Of a stretch of 64,000 nt of DNA, positions 1 through 11,800 are shown piece after piece. Every line of letters begins with the position of its first letter. The first letter of the stretch is position 1. Origin of the DNA: Cyanobacteria bacterium P01_A01_bin.123. GTDB taxonomy: Bacteria; Cyanobacteriota; Cyanobacteriia; Phormidesmidales; Phormidesmidaceae. The position numbers were made by a program, and so were the translations under genes. The DNA lies in NCBI GenBank assembly GCA_039815185.1, contig JBCBZT010000012.1:32001-96000 (forward strand), given 5' to 3'. The notes beneath the pieces were generated by a model. The model saw only the letters and a program-made list of their open reading frames with translations, searched no databases and was not told where the DNA came from.

Positions 1-1
1 C

Positions 2-919
2 TGGCATTTTCAATCATCCAAGGGTTCTGCAAATCACCCTTGGCCAACCCGACCCGACCCGGATATTCATACCCTGATTTATCGATGGCAGCAAAGCCTG
101 CCATCCCTGGGGGAGCAGTTTCAGGTGACGGGGGCGGCGACGGTGGCGGAAGCCTATCAGCTGCGATCGCTGTTGCGAGAAACCCCTCAACCCAAACCTG
201 GGGATCTGACCTTTGCCAACAGTGGCACCCTCGATCGCTACCGCCTGCTGTGGGGACTGAAACGCTGTCGATACCTCGGTCAGCGCTATCAATATCCTGT
301 GGTGCCTCTGGCATTTCACGGTCAACTATCACCGCGACGGTTATCTCAAGCCCAACAGCCTAAAATCATTGTTGCCGGTTTAAGCCGTTATTTAGAAGGG
401 GTTTTGGATGACCAAGGTACCGTGCTGGCCGGGAAATCAACTTGTGTAATCTTGGGTGGGGCATCCCTTTGGGCGCTGCTAGGGATTTTGAATAGTGCCT
501 TAATGCGTTGCTATGTGTCTCGGGCATTGGGGGGCCAACATCTGCAGGGGGGCTATTTGACCATTGGCCCTCCCCTCTTGAGGCAGTTGCCATTACCCGT
601 TATTACGCCCGATAATTCACTGTCTCAGGCGTTGTCTCAGCAGGTGCAAACCCGCCAAGCACTACAATACCAGCTCGACCGAAGCACGCTGCCTGACGAT
701 CACCCCAGCGCTCGACGCCCTCCCGTCGCTGATGGCTTCAGCAGGCATATTTACGAAACAACCGGAACGGTTCCACTTTGCCAGAGAACCCTTGCAGCCC
801 AGATTCAGGTAACTGAGCAGGCGATCGATAATCTGGTCTACAAGCTGTACGGATTGAATGAGCAGGAAATTGCATGGGTGCAAGGCCAAGATGTGATCAA
901 GAGGTCTAAAGAATCTTAA
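2..919 (+). CDS. 3' part of a type IIG (Eco57I/TaqI-like) restriction-modification enzyme, C-terminal specificity domain; 5'-partial
   Basis: Frame is open from position 2. It contains the TaqI_C-like segments KIIVAG and LLGILNSALM...YL...LRQLPLP, and ends with the typical EQAIDNLVYKLYGLNEQEI tail. Confidence 0.75.
   Translation, partial: WHFQSSKGSANHPWPTRPDPDIHTLIYRWQQSLPSLGEQFQVTGAATVAEAYQLRSLLRETPQPKPGDLTFANSGTLDRYRLLWGLKRCRYLGQRYQYPVVPLAFHGQLSPRRLSQAQQPKIIVAGLSRYLEGVLDDQGTVLAGKSTCVILGGASLWALLGILNSALMRCYVSRALGGQHLQGGYLTIGPPLLRQLPLPVITPDNSLSQALSQQVQTRQALQYQLDRSTLPDDHPSARRPPVADGFSRHIYETTGTVPLCQRTLAAQIQVTEQAIDNLVYKLYGLNEQEIAWVQGQDVIKRSKES
163..170. repeat. HIP1 octamer GCGATCGC (example; recurs many times through the window)
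   Basis: Frequent occurrence within coding sequence throughout; a cyanobacterial hallmark. Confidence 0.95.
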
Positions 920-1038
920 GGTGTGGGGTGTGACATATCCCCCTGCCAGGTATCAATGACTGACAGTCTACGGAACCTACCTGCTCAGGGGTGTATCAAG
1001 TAAAAAGAGTGATGCATGTGTAGAGGACGCTTAATCCT

Positions 1039-3207
1039 ATGGCTCGGATCAAACGCCGTCAATTTTTACAGGCTGCTGGGGCCACCTTGGCTGCTCTGGG
1101 CTGGAATCAACTTGAGATTGCCAACCTGAGCGATCGCTACGGCAAAGTCTTAGCTCAAAATACCCCGCGTAAGCTGGCCCTGCTGGTTGGAATCAATGAA
1201 TATGCCGATCCAGGCGTTCCGCCTTTGGCTGGTTGCGTTACTGATACTGAACTGCAATATCGTCTACTGGTGCATCGCTTTGGCTTTAATCCCAGCGACA
1301 TTGTGGTGTTGACCGATCGGCAAGCTAGTCGCGAGGGCATCTTGACGGCTTTTGAGGAGCATCTCATTAAGCAAGCCAAACCGGGAGATATTGTTACTTT
1401 TCACTTCTCGGGTCACGGATCACGGGTGGTAGATCCTGATAATGACCATGCCGATGGCCTCAACAGTACTCTGGTGCCTGCGGATTCTGTTTTTCCGGCC
1501 AACTTTCCCAGTCAAAGTGGTTCGATCAACGACATCACAGGTCACACGCTATTTTTGCTGGCATCGGCGCTGCAAACTGAGAATGTCACGATGGTGTTGG
1601 ATAGCTGCCATTCGGGGGGCGGTACGCGGGGGAATCTAAGGGTGCGATCGCGGGCTGGGGGCGGTCAACTGCAGATGAGCGATGAAGAGTTGGCCTATCA
1701 AGAACAGTGGCTACCTAAACTCAATCTGACCCCAGAGACGTTTATTCAACAGCGTCGCAAAGGGATTGCCCAAGGCATCACGATTGCCTCAGCTAAGCGC
1801 GATCAGTATGCTGCCGACTACCCCTTCGGAGACTTCTTTGCAGGTGCCTTTAGCTATACCTTGACCCAGTACCTGTGGCAGCAACCCATTGATGAACCGT
1901 TTAACAGCGCCATTCCCAATGTAGCCCGTGCCACTACCCAAATTTACAGCGGTCAAGAACCCCAGCTAGAAATTCAACCCGACCGCGCCTACGGCACTAG
2001 CCCGGTTTATTTTGTTTCTAAACAAACTCCTCCCGCAGAAGCCGTGATCACCAACGTCGAGGGGGACGAAGCCGAGGTCTGGCTGGGTGGTGTAGACCCC
2101 CGCAGTTTAGAAACTTTTCGGCGAGATGCTGTACTTACCGCTGTTAATGCCCAAGGAGAATCCCAAGGTTTACTCAAGCTGACCCAGCGTCAAGGTCTAT
2201 TGGGTCGGGGGCAACTGCTACAACCCATTGAATCTGGATCACTCTTGCAAGAGCAGACCCGCTCGATTCCCCAGGGAGCGTCGCTCAAAATTGGTTTGGC
2301 GGCCACCCTCAGCGATCAGACAGAAGCCGCCCGTCAAGCCTTGAGTGCCCTCAACCGGATTGAACCCCTGCCGCTACAGCAGGGGGAAGTGCACTACATT
2401 TTTGGGCGGTTCACTGCCGATCAGCCCATTGTTGTCCTGCCGGGGACACCTGCCCCTGCTGATGGCAGTTTAGGGCTATTTAGCCAGGGGCTAGAGGTCA
2501 TTCCCGGCTCCTTTGGTGTTGCAGGCGAATCGGTTGCCGATGGGGTGGATCGGTTGCAGGCTAAACTGCGATCGCTACTTGCCGCCCGACTGGTCAAGTT
2601 GGCGCTTAACCCCAGTTCTTCACGTCTGGATGTGGGCGTTACGATGACCCCAGCCGGGCAAGGTCAAATTGTGGCCAGTAGCTTTACGGCTCGGGGGAGT
2701 GGTGGGACAACGGCTCCGCCGCCAGTTCGTCCAGGGGTAGAGCAGTTATCCGTGGGGACAGCCATTGAATTTCAAATCGAAAACCGAGAAAGTCAGGATC
2801 TCCACCTCAGCATTTTGGTGATCGACTCTTCGGGAGATATGTCCGTGATTTTCCCTAATCAGTGGACTGCCACTAGCGATGCCACGCTGTTATCGGCAGG
2901 CGAGCAGTTGCGATTGCCCGACCCCGGTCGAGATGGTTTTCAATTAGTGACCCAAGACCCCAAGGGGACTACAGAAGTTTTAGTGGTCGCCAGTACTCAG
3001 CCGCTAGATGCTGCCCTGCGATCGCTGCAAAGTTTAGCTGCCGAAGCTAATCAAAGCCGTGGCCCAGTAGGGCTAGCAGAACCAGATTTGGTGGTCAACG
3101 ATTTACTCCAGGATCTGACAACTCGTAGCGGAGAAGATACCTCGTCTACGGTCATGCTAGATACCAGCAAACTGGCTGCCTTATCGATTACCTTTGATGT
3201 GATTTAA
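1039..3207 (+). CDS. Caspase-family (peptidase C14, metacaspase-like) protein with Tat signal and C-terminal DUF4384-like domain
   Basis: KRRQFLQ twin-arginine motif; KLALLVGINEY; catalytic dyad motifs HFSGHG and DSCHSG; C-terminal LHLSILVIDSSGDMSVIFPN segment. Confidence 0.9.
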   Translation: MARIKRRQFLQAAGATLAALGWNQLEIANLSDRYGKVLAQNTPRKLALLVGINEYADPGVPPLAGCVTDTELQYRLLVHRFGFNPSDIVVLTDRQASREGILTAFEEHLIKQAKPGDIVTFHFSGHGSRVVDPDNDHADGLNSTLVPADSVFPANFPSQSGSINDITGHTLFLLASALQTENVTMVLDSCHSGGGTRGNLRVRSRAGGGQLQMSDEELAYQEQWLPKLNLTPETFIQQRRKGIAQGITIASAKRDQYAADYPFGDFFAGAFSYTLTQYLWQQPIDEPFNSAIPNVARATTQIYSGQEPQLEIQPDRAYGTSPVYFVSKQTPPAEAVITNVEGDEAEVWLGGVDPRSLETFRRDAVLTAVNAQGESQGLLKLTQRQGLLGRGQLLQPIESGSLLQEQTRSIPQGASLKIGLAATLSDQTEAARQALSALNRIEPLPLQQGEVHYIFGRFTADQPIVVLPGTPAPADGSLGLFSQGLEVIPGSFGVAGESVADGVDRLQAKLRSLLAARLVKLALNPSSSRLDVGVTMTPAGQGQIVASSFTARGSGGTTAPPPVRPGVEQLSVGTAIEFQIENRESQDLHLSILVIDSSGDMSVIFPNQWTATSDATLLSAGEQLRLPDPGRDGFQLVTQDPKGTTEVLVVASTQPLDAALRSLQSLAAEANQSRGPVGLAEPDLVVNDLLQDLTTRSGEDTSSTVMLDTSKLAALSITFDVI

Positions 3208-3214
3208 GCCTTGG

Positions 3215-3242
3215 CCACATTCGGATCCATAGTTTTCCCTGA
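3215..3242. repeat. 28-bp direct repeat, copy 1 (copy 2 at 8785-8812), downstream of each hybrid kinase
   Basis: CCACATTCGGATCCATAGTTTTCCCTGA versus CCACATCCAGATCCATAGTTTTCCTTGA, 25/28 identical. Confidence 0.85.
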
Positions 3243-3292
3243 CCGGGGTGCAAGGCCTGCACCCCTAATCAAGCTTGTGAATCGGACAGGGT

Positions 3293-6200
3293 TTAGCCTG
3301 ATTTTGCCAAGAGCCAAGTTTCGATCGCGGCTTTCAACCGGACAAACTGCTTTTCCAGTGCTGCCAAATGACGTCCCACTGAAGTCATCTCTCCAGCTTT
3401 TGCGGCCTTTTCCACCTCGAAGGCGACTGCTTTCAAAACTTCGCCCCCCACATTGGCGGCAGTCCCCTTGATTCCGTGGGCTTTAGAGGCCACATTTTGG
3501 GCATCTCCGGCTCTGAAATACGTCTGCATCGCCTGAATATCACTGGGGGTATCTTCAAGAAAAAATTGACAAATCTGCATCGCCAATTCCTCATCACCGC
3601 TGAAATACCCCAGTAAGGCCACCCTATCAAAGATGGGTACTGTATCATTTCTGATGATTTCACTTTGAGGCACTGCCGCTTGTTGACCAACCCTTGCGAT
3701 CAGCCATTTTGTCAGCATCTCAGATAGCGCTTTCGGATTAATGGGTTTTGCCAAATAATCGTTCATGCCTGCTGCGAGGCATTTTTCCTTGTCACCTTTC
3801 ATGGCGTTGGCGGTCATGGCAATAATGGCGATATTTTGATTGTGCTGACCAGCTCTGCCCTGACGAATCTGGCGACTAGTCTCATAACCGTCCATCTCAG
3901 GCATCTGGCAGTCCATAAAGACCAGGGTATAAGGCTGGTCTTGAGCAGCAGCTTCCAGGAGGCGCAGGACTTCCAGGCCGTTAACGGCAACATCCACCGC
4001 TAACCCGAGTTGTTTCAGCAAGCCTTTGACGACCATCTGATTGATTCGGTTGTCTTCAGCCAGCAACAAGCGGGTTGGCGCTGGCCAAGAATAAGGCTCG
4101 GGTGTCTGCTGATAATGCTCCTCCCCGTTCACCCCTGTCATATCTTGCTGGCTCTCTGCTGGTGATGTGGTTTGCAAAGTTACTTTGCGATTGCTGGCCA
4201 TCGCCAGGGTACCCAACAAATCGGATGAGGACACGGGTTTGGTGATGTATGCACTAAACCCTAGATCCGTGACCTGCTGTGCGGCGGCGTGGCGGCTGAT
4301 AGTGGTCATCATCACCAACGACATGGCTTGAAAGCGGGCATCAGTTTTTAGCTGCTGGCCCACCTGAGCCCCATCCATACCAGGCATCTGCATATCTAAC
4401 AGCACTAGATCAAAGGGGGGGTGATTTGGTACGTTGCTGTGTTGCATCTGCAGCTCACACAAAGCTAGGGCACTGGGCCCGTCTTGAGCTGCTATCACAG
4501 TTGCCCCCCAGCATTTCAACTGGCCGCATAAGACCTCACGACTAGTCGCGTTATCATCGACAATCAGCACGGTTAGATCTTGCATCTCTAACCGGGGGAG
4601 TATGGGGCGCGACTTTTCGCTGGGCTGTAATCGCGTCGTAAATTCAAAATGACTGCCTTTGCCGACAGTACTGTGCGCCCAAAGATTTCCCCCCATTAGC
4701 TCACAAAGTTTTTTAGTAATAGCCAGCCCTAGACCGGTGCCGCCATATTTGCGAGTAGTACTAGCATCCACTTGAGTAAATGGGTTAAACAAACTCGCAA
4801 TTTTGCCTTGCGATATGCCAATGCCGGTATCGCTCACTGCTCCGATCAGCATCAGTGCATCCTCCTCCTTTTCTAGGCTGCACTGAATCACAACTTCCCC
4901 CTGCTGAGTAAACTTGATGGCATTGTCCACTAGGTTGGTGAAGATCTGCCGCAAGCGCCCCGGATCCCCCTTAACCCTAGATTGCTCAATACCGCGCAGA
5001 TCTAGCACTAGCTCTAAGCCTTTTTCCTGGGCTTTTAAGCCCATAACCTTAGCAAAATTACCTAAATGTTCGTGTAGGTTAAAATCCAGGATTTCTAACT
5101 CTAATTTGCCCGCATCAACTTTAGAGAAATCGAGAATATCGTTGATCAAAACTAACAATGATTCAGCACTGGACTGAGCAATACTGACTTGAAACTGTTG
5201 ATCTTGAGTTAATGCTGTTCCCCGCAGCAGATTCAACATGCCGATCACGCCATTCATCGGCGTGCGGATTTCATGGCTCATGGTAGCTAGGAAGTTGCTT
5301 TTGGCAAGGGCTGCGGCTTCAGCTATTTCTTTGGCTTGAATCAGTTCTTGTTCGGTTGCTTTACGGTCAGATATATCCTGGAACGAGCCATATATCCTGA
5401 CACAGACGCCATCTTTAAATTCAGCTTGCCCGGTGGTCGCAACCCAAATCTCATTGCCTTTGGCGGTCACAAATTCTGCTTCTACCTTCCACGGCGTGCC
5501 GTGCGCTATGCCCGCCTGGACAGCTTGGGCAATGGCGTTACGACTTTCGCCTTCCTTATAAAAGTTAATGCCTGTTGCCAAGTCAGTTTTGGCATCTTCC
5601 GGGAGTTCATGAATTTCTTTGGTCATGGCAGACAAGTAGGTTGTCTGGTTCACTAGATCCACTTCCCAAGCCCCAATTCGGCCTTGGTGACTCATGGTTT
5701 CCAGCATTGCCTGTTGGCGAGAAAGTTGGGTACTGGCTTGTTTCTTCTCAGAAATATCGCTTTCGATTGCCATATACCCCTGTAATTCACCCAACTCATT
5801 CAGCAGAGGATTACAGCGAATATCAACCCAATAGGGGTGCCCATTTTTAGCGTAATTAAGGATTTCTACATGGAATCCTGCTTGCTGTTGTAGGGCTTGG
5901 CGTATTTGTACTACGGTCTCAGGGTCGGTCTCAGGGCCTTGCAAGACACTGCCGGGGGTTAGGCCTAAAACTTCCGGTAGTTCATAGCCTGTAAGGCGGG
6001 TAAAACCAGCATTGATCCATTCGATCTGCCCTGCAATGTTGGTGATGATCACCCCTTCAACTGTTTGGCTAGCAATCTGCGAGAGTTTGGTCAGTTCTCG
6101 TTCTGCCACTTTGCGATCGCTGATATCTTGATAGGTGCCCAAAACCCCAACGACTTCACCCGTTAGGTTATGCAGCGGGAGTTTATTCGTTTCTAGCCAG

Positions 6201-7531
6201 AGTTGGTTACCATCAGCTTGAATTTGAGTTTCGATGATGCCAATTTTTGGGGTGTCAGAGCCCATGACTTGGCGATCGTCAGTGCGGAAAGCATCGGCTT
6301 CAGTTTGCCCCCAGGGCAGATCATAATCCGTCTTACCGATCACATCTTCGATAGATGTGAGCCCCGTATCTCGCAGAAAATTCCGATTACAGCCTGAATA
6401 AACCAGGTTCTGATCCTTCCAGAAAACGGAGAGCGGAAACGTATCGAGCACGGTTTGAATAAACTGTTTAGATTCCCGCACGGCATTCTCAGCCCGTTTG
6501 CGATCTGTCACATCTTGAACAATGACTAATGCTTCTTCATCGTTGATGGCAATAATTCGTGCCTCTTCCGAGTGAAGTTCTGCGTCAATCACAACCTCAT
6601 ACTCATAAAACTGAGTCTCGCGGGTTTTCAAGGCTTGTTGAACGTAGAACATACGCTGCCGTGAATGCTCAAGCGGTGTTATGTCGTAGATATTGGCGCC
6701 TTCGTGGGCAAGTCCCTGGTTAAAAAGTTGAACGCTTCCGCCTACCACGACATCAAGGTAAGTGCCGTCCGCATGGATGCGAATCATCAGATCAGGAATC
6801 ACCTCAACCAGAGCTCGATAGCGGGTTTCTCGCTCCTGTAATGCGGCAGTGCGTTCTGCAACTTTGGCTTCTAATGCTTGATTGAGTTGCGCGAGTGCTG
6901 TACTCGCCCGTTGGCGTTCTAATTCGGAAGCGGCGCGGGCAGCAAAGACGCGTAGGATTTGTTCTGCCCATTTTGGGTCTTGCAGGGGCTGCTGGTTAAG
7001 GATGCCCAGATGGCCAATGGCATTGCCTTGAGTATCGTATAAGGCAATGCCCAGATAGGTCTCTGCCCCCATCTCAATCAAATCTATATCGTTGGGAAAC
7101 AGTTGCTGTACCAAGCGTTCACAGTAAAAGATGCCTGACTGCAACACCTGCTCACAAGGGGTTTCAAGCAGATTGTAAGAGTAGGTCGGTTGTAAGGCAC
7201 CGTTGGCCCAAAATGCTAAGGTGCGGAGTGTATTGTCGATTTGCTCAGTGACTAAGACATAAGAGACATTGAGTGCCTTAGCAATGTGACGCACAAGCGC
7301 AGGAAAAAAGTCCTGTCCAGTGGTAGCCGCAGTTCCTGAAATCAGGTTTTGCAGTTGCTGTTCAGACTGATTTAGATCCTGGATAATTTTGCGAAATAGA
7401 AATTCTTGTTTCTCTTTGGTCTCTTCCAGTTTGAGTCGGTCGATTTGAGATCTTTCCAGCTTCCTTTGCAAGACCCGGTTAGCCTTTTCTAGGGTTCGAA
7501 TTTGAGCTAAGTAGTCTTCCGCTGTACTCAT
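3293..7531 (-). CDS. Hybrid sensor histidine kinase (coiled coil-GAF-multiple PAS-HisKA-HATPase-REC-REC-Hpt)
   Basis: H-box [12 protein letters not shown]-boxes DTGIGI and GGTGLGL; receivers LLDMQMP and FMDCQMP; Hpt AHGIKG. Start is uncertain (7531 MSTAED, or 7573). Confidence 0.93.
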   Translation of the reverse strand: MSTAEDYLAQIRTLEKANRVLQRKLERSQIDRLKLEETKEKQEFLFRKIIQDLNQSEQQLQNLISGTAATTGQDFFPALVRHIAKALNVSYVLVTEQIDNTLRTLAFWANGALQPTYSYNLLETPCEQVLQSGIFYCERLVQQLFPNDIDLIEMGAETYLGIALYDTQGNAIGHLGILNQQPLQDPKWAEQILRVFAARAASELERQRASTALAQLNQALEAKVAERTAALQERETRYRALVEVIPDLMIRIHADGTYLDVVVGGSVQLFNQGLAHEGANIYDITPLEHSRQRMFYVQQALKTRETQFYEYEVVIDAELHSEEARIIAINDEEALVIVQDVTDRKRAENAVRESKQFIQTVLDTFPLSVFWKDQNLVYSGCNRNFLRDTGLTSIEDVIGKTDYDLPWGQTEADAFRTDDRQVMGSDTPKIGIIETQIQADGNQLWLETNKLPLHNLTGEVVGVLGTYQDISDRKVAERELTKLSQIASQTVEGVIITNIAGQIEWINAGFTRLTGYELPEVLGLTPGSVLQGPETDPETVVQIRQALQQQAGFHVEILNYAKNGHPYWVDIRCNPLLNELGELQGYMAIESDISEKKQASTQLSRQQAMLETMSHQGRIGAWEVDLVNQTTYLSAMTKEIHELPEDAKTDLATGINFYKEGESRNAIAQAVQAGIAHGTPWKVEAEFVTAKGNEIWVATTGQAEFKDGVCVRIYGSFQDISDRKATEQELIQAKEIAEAAALAKSNFLATMSHEIRTPMNGVIGMLNLLRGTALTQDQQFQVSIAQSSAESLLVLINDILDFSKVDAGKLELEILDFNLHEHLGNFAKVMGLKAQEKGLELVLDLRGIEQSRVKGDPGRLRQIFTNLVDNAIKFTQQGEVVIQCSLEKEEDALMLIGAVSDTGIGISQGKIASLFNPFTQVDASTTRKYGGTGLGLAITKKLCELMGGNLWAHSTVGKGSHFEFTTRLQPSEKSRPILPRLEMQDLTVLIVDDNATSREVLCGQLKCWGATVIAAQDGPSALALCELQMQHSNVPNHPPFDLVLLDMQMPGMDGAQVGQQLKTDARFQAMSLVMMTTISRHAAAQQVTDLGFSAYITKPVSSSDLLGTLAMASNRKVTLQTTSPAESQQDMTGVNGEEHYQQTPEPYSWPAPTRLLLAEDNRINQMVVKGLLKQLGLAVDVAVNGLEVLRLLEAAAQDQPYTLVFMDCQMPEMDGYETSRQIRQGRAGQHNQNIAIIAMTANAMKGDKEKCLAAGMNDYLAKPINPKALSEMLTKWLIARVGQQAAVPQSEIIRNDTVPIFDRVALLGYFSGDEELAMQICQFFLEDTPSDIQAMQTYFRAGDAQNVASKAHGIKGTAANVGGEVLKAVAFEVEKAAKAGEMTSVGRHLAALEKQFVRLKAAIETWLLAKSG

Positions 7532-7593
7532 CCACGCCTCTCGTCTGTAGTTTTGAGGACTATCACCCATCATTCAGGCTTTTCCTAGCAAAT

Positions 7594-8748
7594 TCAGGCT
7601 TCGCCTAGCAATAAAGTCACAAAGGTTTCATTGTGAAAATAAGTTGCTCCCTTTTGCTGCTGGGGTGCGATTTCGCCGTTGGTGTAAAATCCACATCCGG
7701 GTAAGGATTGTTTTACATTACCCTTGATCAGTTGATATTCTTCACCCGTGCGACTCCCCAAAACTTGACGGCGGCTAGCACAGGAGAAAAATAAAGCGGC
7801 TGACGGAGATTCCCCTGGATAGTGTTGTAAGGCTTGCTGCATGGAAGTTTGGGAAGCAGACAAAATGCTATCCCGACTGGCTTCGGTAATTTGCACTATG
7901 GCCCCTTCGGGTAGATCGCCAAAAAAATTGACACTGCCCAACGTTGGGTCGTAGATGCCACTGGGGGCACGCATATACATTAACTCTCCGCTAGATTCAA
8001 ACACGGCCAAAGGATATTCCGAAGAGGGGGGTAATGGCCCTAGATAGTACTTGTAGAAGTCGAGCGCCGGTTGCTCGTCAATTTTGTAAACCACGTTTTG
8101 TACGACTTGGGTAATCCGGCCCTGTTTACCAATCGGCTGCCAGCCATTGGCAATTCCGTGAGCAAACAGCACAGGGCCTGAAAATAGCAAAACGGGGACT
8201 GCATCGCTGTATACCTTGTCTTGGAAAAACTGATAGGTTTGCTGGAAGCGCCATTGGTCTGCTGTTAGGCCACCAAAAATAGGCACTTGAGAACCCAGGC
8301 TTTGCTTCAGGCTCTCGACAATTTGCACGGCGCTGGTGGTTAGGCTTTCGGGCAGAGTCAGGCAAAACTGGACAGGGTCTGAATTCCCTGCGCTGGCTTG
8401 GGCGACAGCCGCGTGGGTTGCGGCAACGACATCAACAGAGACCTGGGTACCAATGCCAGCCCTAATGCTAATCTGATCGGAACAAAACACAATTAGGGTT
8501 AGGGAATCTTGTTCAAACCCTAATACCGAGGATATTTCGCCATCGGTAGTGCCACCGATTAAGGCCAAGTCTGGAAAGGCCGCTAAGAGTTTGCTCAAGA
8601 TCAGGTTATGGTCAAAGTCGATTGCCGCTAGCACAATACCTGCTGTAGGCATAGTCCCTGCTAATTCGGTGCGGCATTGATCGATCACTTCAGCGATCGC
8701 ATCTGGCGAATCCAAATCCGTACTATGACCGACCGCAACTTTTAACAC
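7594..8748 (-). CDS. FIST N/C-domain signal transduction protein (NosP-like)
   Basis: IGGTTDGEIS, IFGGLTAD, FSCASR and GFYTNGEI...HNET motifs. Likely GTG start at 8748 after GGAG. Confidence 0.9.
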   Translation of the reverse strand: MLKVAVGHSTDLDSPDAIAEVIDQCRTELAGTMPTAGIVLAAIDFDHNLILSKLLAAFPDLALIGGTTDGEISSVLGFEQDSLTLIVFCSDQISIRAGIGTQVSVDVVAATHAAVAQASAGNSDPVQFCLTLPESLTTSAVQIVESLKQSLGSQVPIFGGLTADQWRFQQTYQFFQDKVYSDAVPVLLFSGPVLFAHGIANGWQPIGKQGRITQVVQNVVYKIDEQPALDFYKYYLGPLPPSSEYPLAVFESSGELMYMRAPSGIYDPTLGSVNFFGDLPEGAIVQITEASRDSILSASQTSMQQALQHYPGESPSAALFFSCASRRQVLGSRTGEEYQLIKGNVKQSLPGCGFYTNGEIAPQQQKGATYFHNETFVTLLLGEA

Positions 8749-8784
8749 AACCTTTTCTCCATTCAGATTGGATTTGAACTTCGT

Positions 8785-8812
8785 CCACATCCAGATCCAT
8801 AGTTTTCCTTGA
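8785..8812. repeat. 28-bp direct repeat, copy 2
   Basis: Matches 3215-3242 at 25/28 positions. Confidence 0.85.
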
Positions 8813-8850
8813 GCTAAACATTCAAGTTTTCAAATCGGATGAGATTGTCT

Positions 8851-11800
8851 TCATTTTTGGTGTTCTGACAGCCAATTTTCAATCGCGACTTTTAACCGAG
8901 CAAACTGTGTTTCGATATCTGGCATATAACGCCAGAGTAAATCGATGTCCCCAGCCTTGGCAGCTTTCTCCATCTCGAAGGCGACTGCCCTCAAGACTTC
9001 ACCCCCGACATTGGCAGCGGTGCCTTTAATCCCATGGGCCTTGTAGGTCACATTGAGGACATCTCCGGCTGTCAAATACGCCTGCATCGCTTGAATATCG
9101 CTGGGGGTATCTTCAAGAAAGAATTGACAAATTTGCACCGCTAGCTCTTTATCGCCACTGAAATAATCGAGTAGGGCGACCGGATCGAAGATAGGCACCG
9201 TCTTGTGTCTGGCGGCTGGGTTGCCAAAGGCTGCCTGGGGTTGATCGCCCTGCCTGAGTAGCCACTTTTGAAGCATCTCAGAGAGTGCTTTGGGGTCAAT
9301 CGGTTTTGCTAAATAATCATTCATGCCAGCCTCGAGGCATTTCTCCTTGTCCCCTTTCATCGCGTTAGCGGTCATGGCGATGATGGTGATATCTCGATTG
9401 CGATCGCTGGCTATGCCCTCGCGAATCTGGCGACTGGCTTCGTAACCATCCAGCTCAGGCATTTGGCAGTCCATAAAGACTAGGGTGTAAGCCTGATTTT
9501 GGGGAGCAGCTTCTAGTAAATGTAGGGCTTCTAGGCCGTTAATGGCAACATCCACGGCTAACCCAAGTCTTTTGAGCAAACTCCTGACAACCATCTGGTT
9601 AACGCGATTGTCTTCGACTAGCAACAAGCGAGTTTGTGCAGGCCAGCGATGGGCCGTGAGTGTCTTGGGTCGATGTTGTCCATTGTGCGGTACCTCCAAA
9701 GTCGCGCCATTTTGTTGGACAGTACGGCTACCGCTAGCCACGACTAAGGCATCAAATAAATCGGACGGGGTCACGGGTTTAGTAAAGTAGGCACTAAAGC
9801 CAAGATCGGTAAAACACCTAACGTCATCACTGTCACCGTGCACATAGTGTTCGCATAGATCAATGGCAGTCATCATCACCAGCGACATCGACTGAAAACG
9901 TCTATCGGCTTTGAGCCGCTGGCTCAGTTCTAAGCCGTCCATATTAGGCATCTGCATATCCAACAGCGCCATATCAAAGGGGGGTTGGGTTGTGGTGTGA
10001 TGCTGCACTTGTGCTTCACAGAGTGCCAAAGCACTGGGGCCGTCTGGGGCTTCTACAACTTTTGCACCCCAACGTTCTAACTGGTCGCGCAAGACGTCAC
10101 GATTGGTTGCATTATCATCTACGACTAATAGGGTTAAGCCCCGGATATCCGCCTGCGGTAAGTCCTGTTGTAACGGGTCGCTGGGTTGCAGCATGGCTGT
10201 GAATTCAAACTTGCTGCCCTGGCCGACTTCACTGTGCACCCGAATATTGCCGCCCATCAACGTACAAAGTCTTTTGGTAATGGCCAGTCCCAACCCAGTG
10301 CCACCATATTTGCGAGTGGTGCTGGCATCCACTTGCGTAAAGGGTTCAAACAAACCGGCCAACTTATGCTGTGGGATGCCGATGCCAGTATCGCGTACTG
10401 AGCCAGTGAATAGTAGCCCATCTTCGACGGCTTCTAGGAAACACTGAATGACGATTTCTCCCTGCTCGGTAAATTTCACAGCATTGCTCACCAAGTTGGT
10501 GAAGATCTGCCGCAAACGCCCCGGATCACCTTTGACGCTGGATTGCTCAATGCCGCGCAGATCCAGCACGAGTTCTAATCCTTTTTGCTGAGCTTTTAAG
10601 GCCATGGCATTGGCAAAATCCCCCAATTGCTGACGCAGGTCGAATGCCAAAATCTCCAGCTCCAGCTTATTGGCATCCACTTTGGAGAAATCGAGAATGT
10701 CCTTGATTAAGGTTAATAAAGATTCTGCGCTGGAATGGGCAATGTCGATTTGCAGCCGTTGAGTCGGGTTTAGGTCTGTATCCTGTAGCAAGCCCAACAT
10801 GCCGATCACGCCATTCATCGGTGTCCGGATTTCATGGCTCATGTGGGCCAGGAATTCACCCTTAGCCAGAGCTGCGGCTTCAGCGGCTTCTTTGGCTTGT
10901 TGGAGTTCTAGTTCGGCTCGTTTACGATCGCTAATATCGCGGCAGACACAAATTAAGTAGCTATCTTCTGTAAGGCTTAGGGATAATCCTTCGGCAAAGG
11001 TAGAGCCATCTTTGCGGGTGGCGACTGCTTCTCCTTGCCAAGCGCGATCGCGCTCCACCAGGGGCAAAATTTCGTGTCTAAACCTGGCTAACTCCTCTGA
11101 GGAATAGAGACGTTGCCAGGATTTACCCAGTAGGTCTTCAGGGTGTTCATAGCCAAACAGGGTGAGATGGGCTCGATTAGCGTAAAGGAAGGTATCCCCT
11201 TGGAGAATAGCAATGCCATCAATGGCTGCCTCGAGGGTTGCCAGTTGACGTCCCATCGCAACTTCAGCTTCTTTGAGTTTAGTGATGTCGTAGTTAATCC
11301 CGATCATTCGTTGTGCTTCGCCATTGGCGTTGCGCTGCACTATCGCATTGGCCTTAATAAAGCGGATAGTCCCATCGGGTTGAAGAATCCGAAATTCGGT
11401 GTCGTAGGCCTTGTCGCCGTTTCGGGCTTGTTGAGACGTGATTTCGGCTGCAGCGCGATCATCAGGGTGCAAACTGTTGATCCACGCTTCATAGACGTTG
11501 AGAAACTGGTCTTGTGTAAAGCCATAGAGGTCATACATCTGCGCATCCCAGGTGATCAGGTTTTGGGTAATGTCCCAATCCCAAATTCCAATCCCAGCAG
11601 ACTCCACTGCCAGATTCAAACGATCAGAGACCTCGCGCAGATGCGCTTCGGCCTGTTTGCGCTCAGTGATATCTCTAGCGGCTGCGTAGACTAAATGGTC
11701 GCTAGGTGCAGCTCGCCATTCAAGCCATCGAGTTGACCCATCACTGCAACGGTAGCGGTTGGTGAAATTGAGGATCTTCTCCCCTGCTTCCAGCTGGGCG

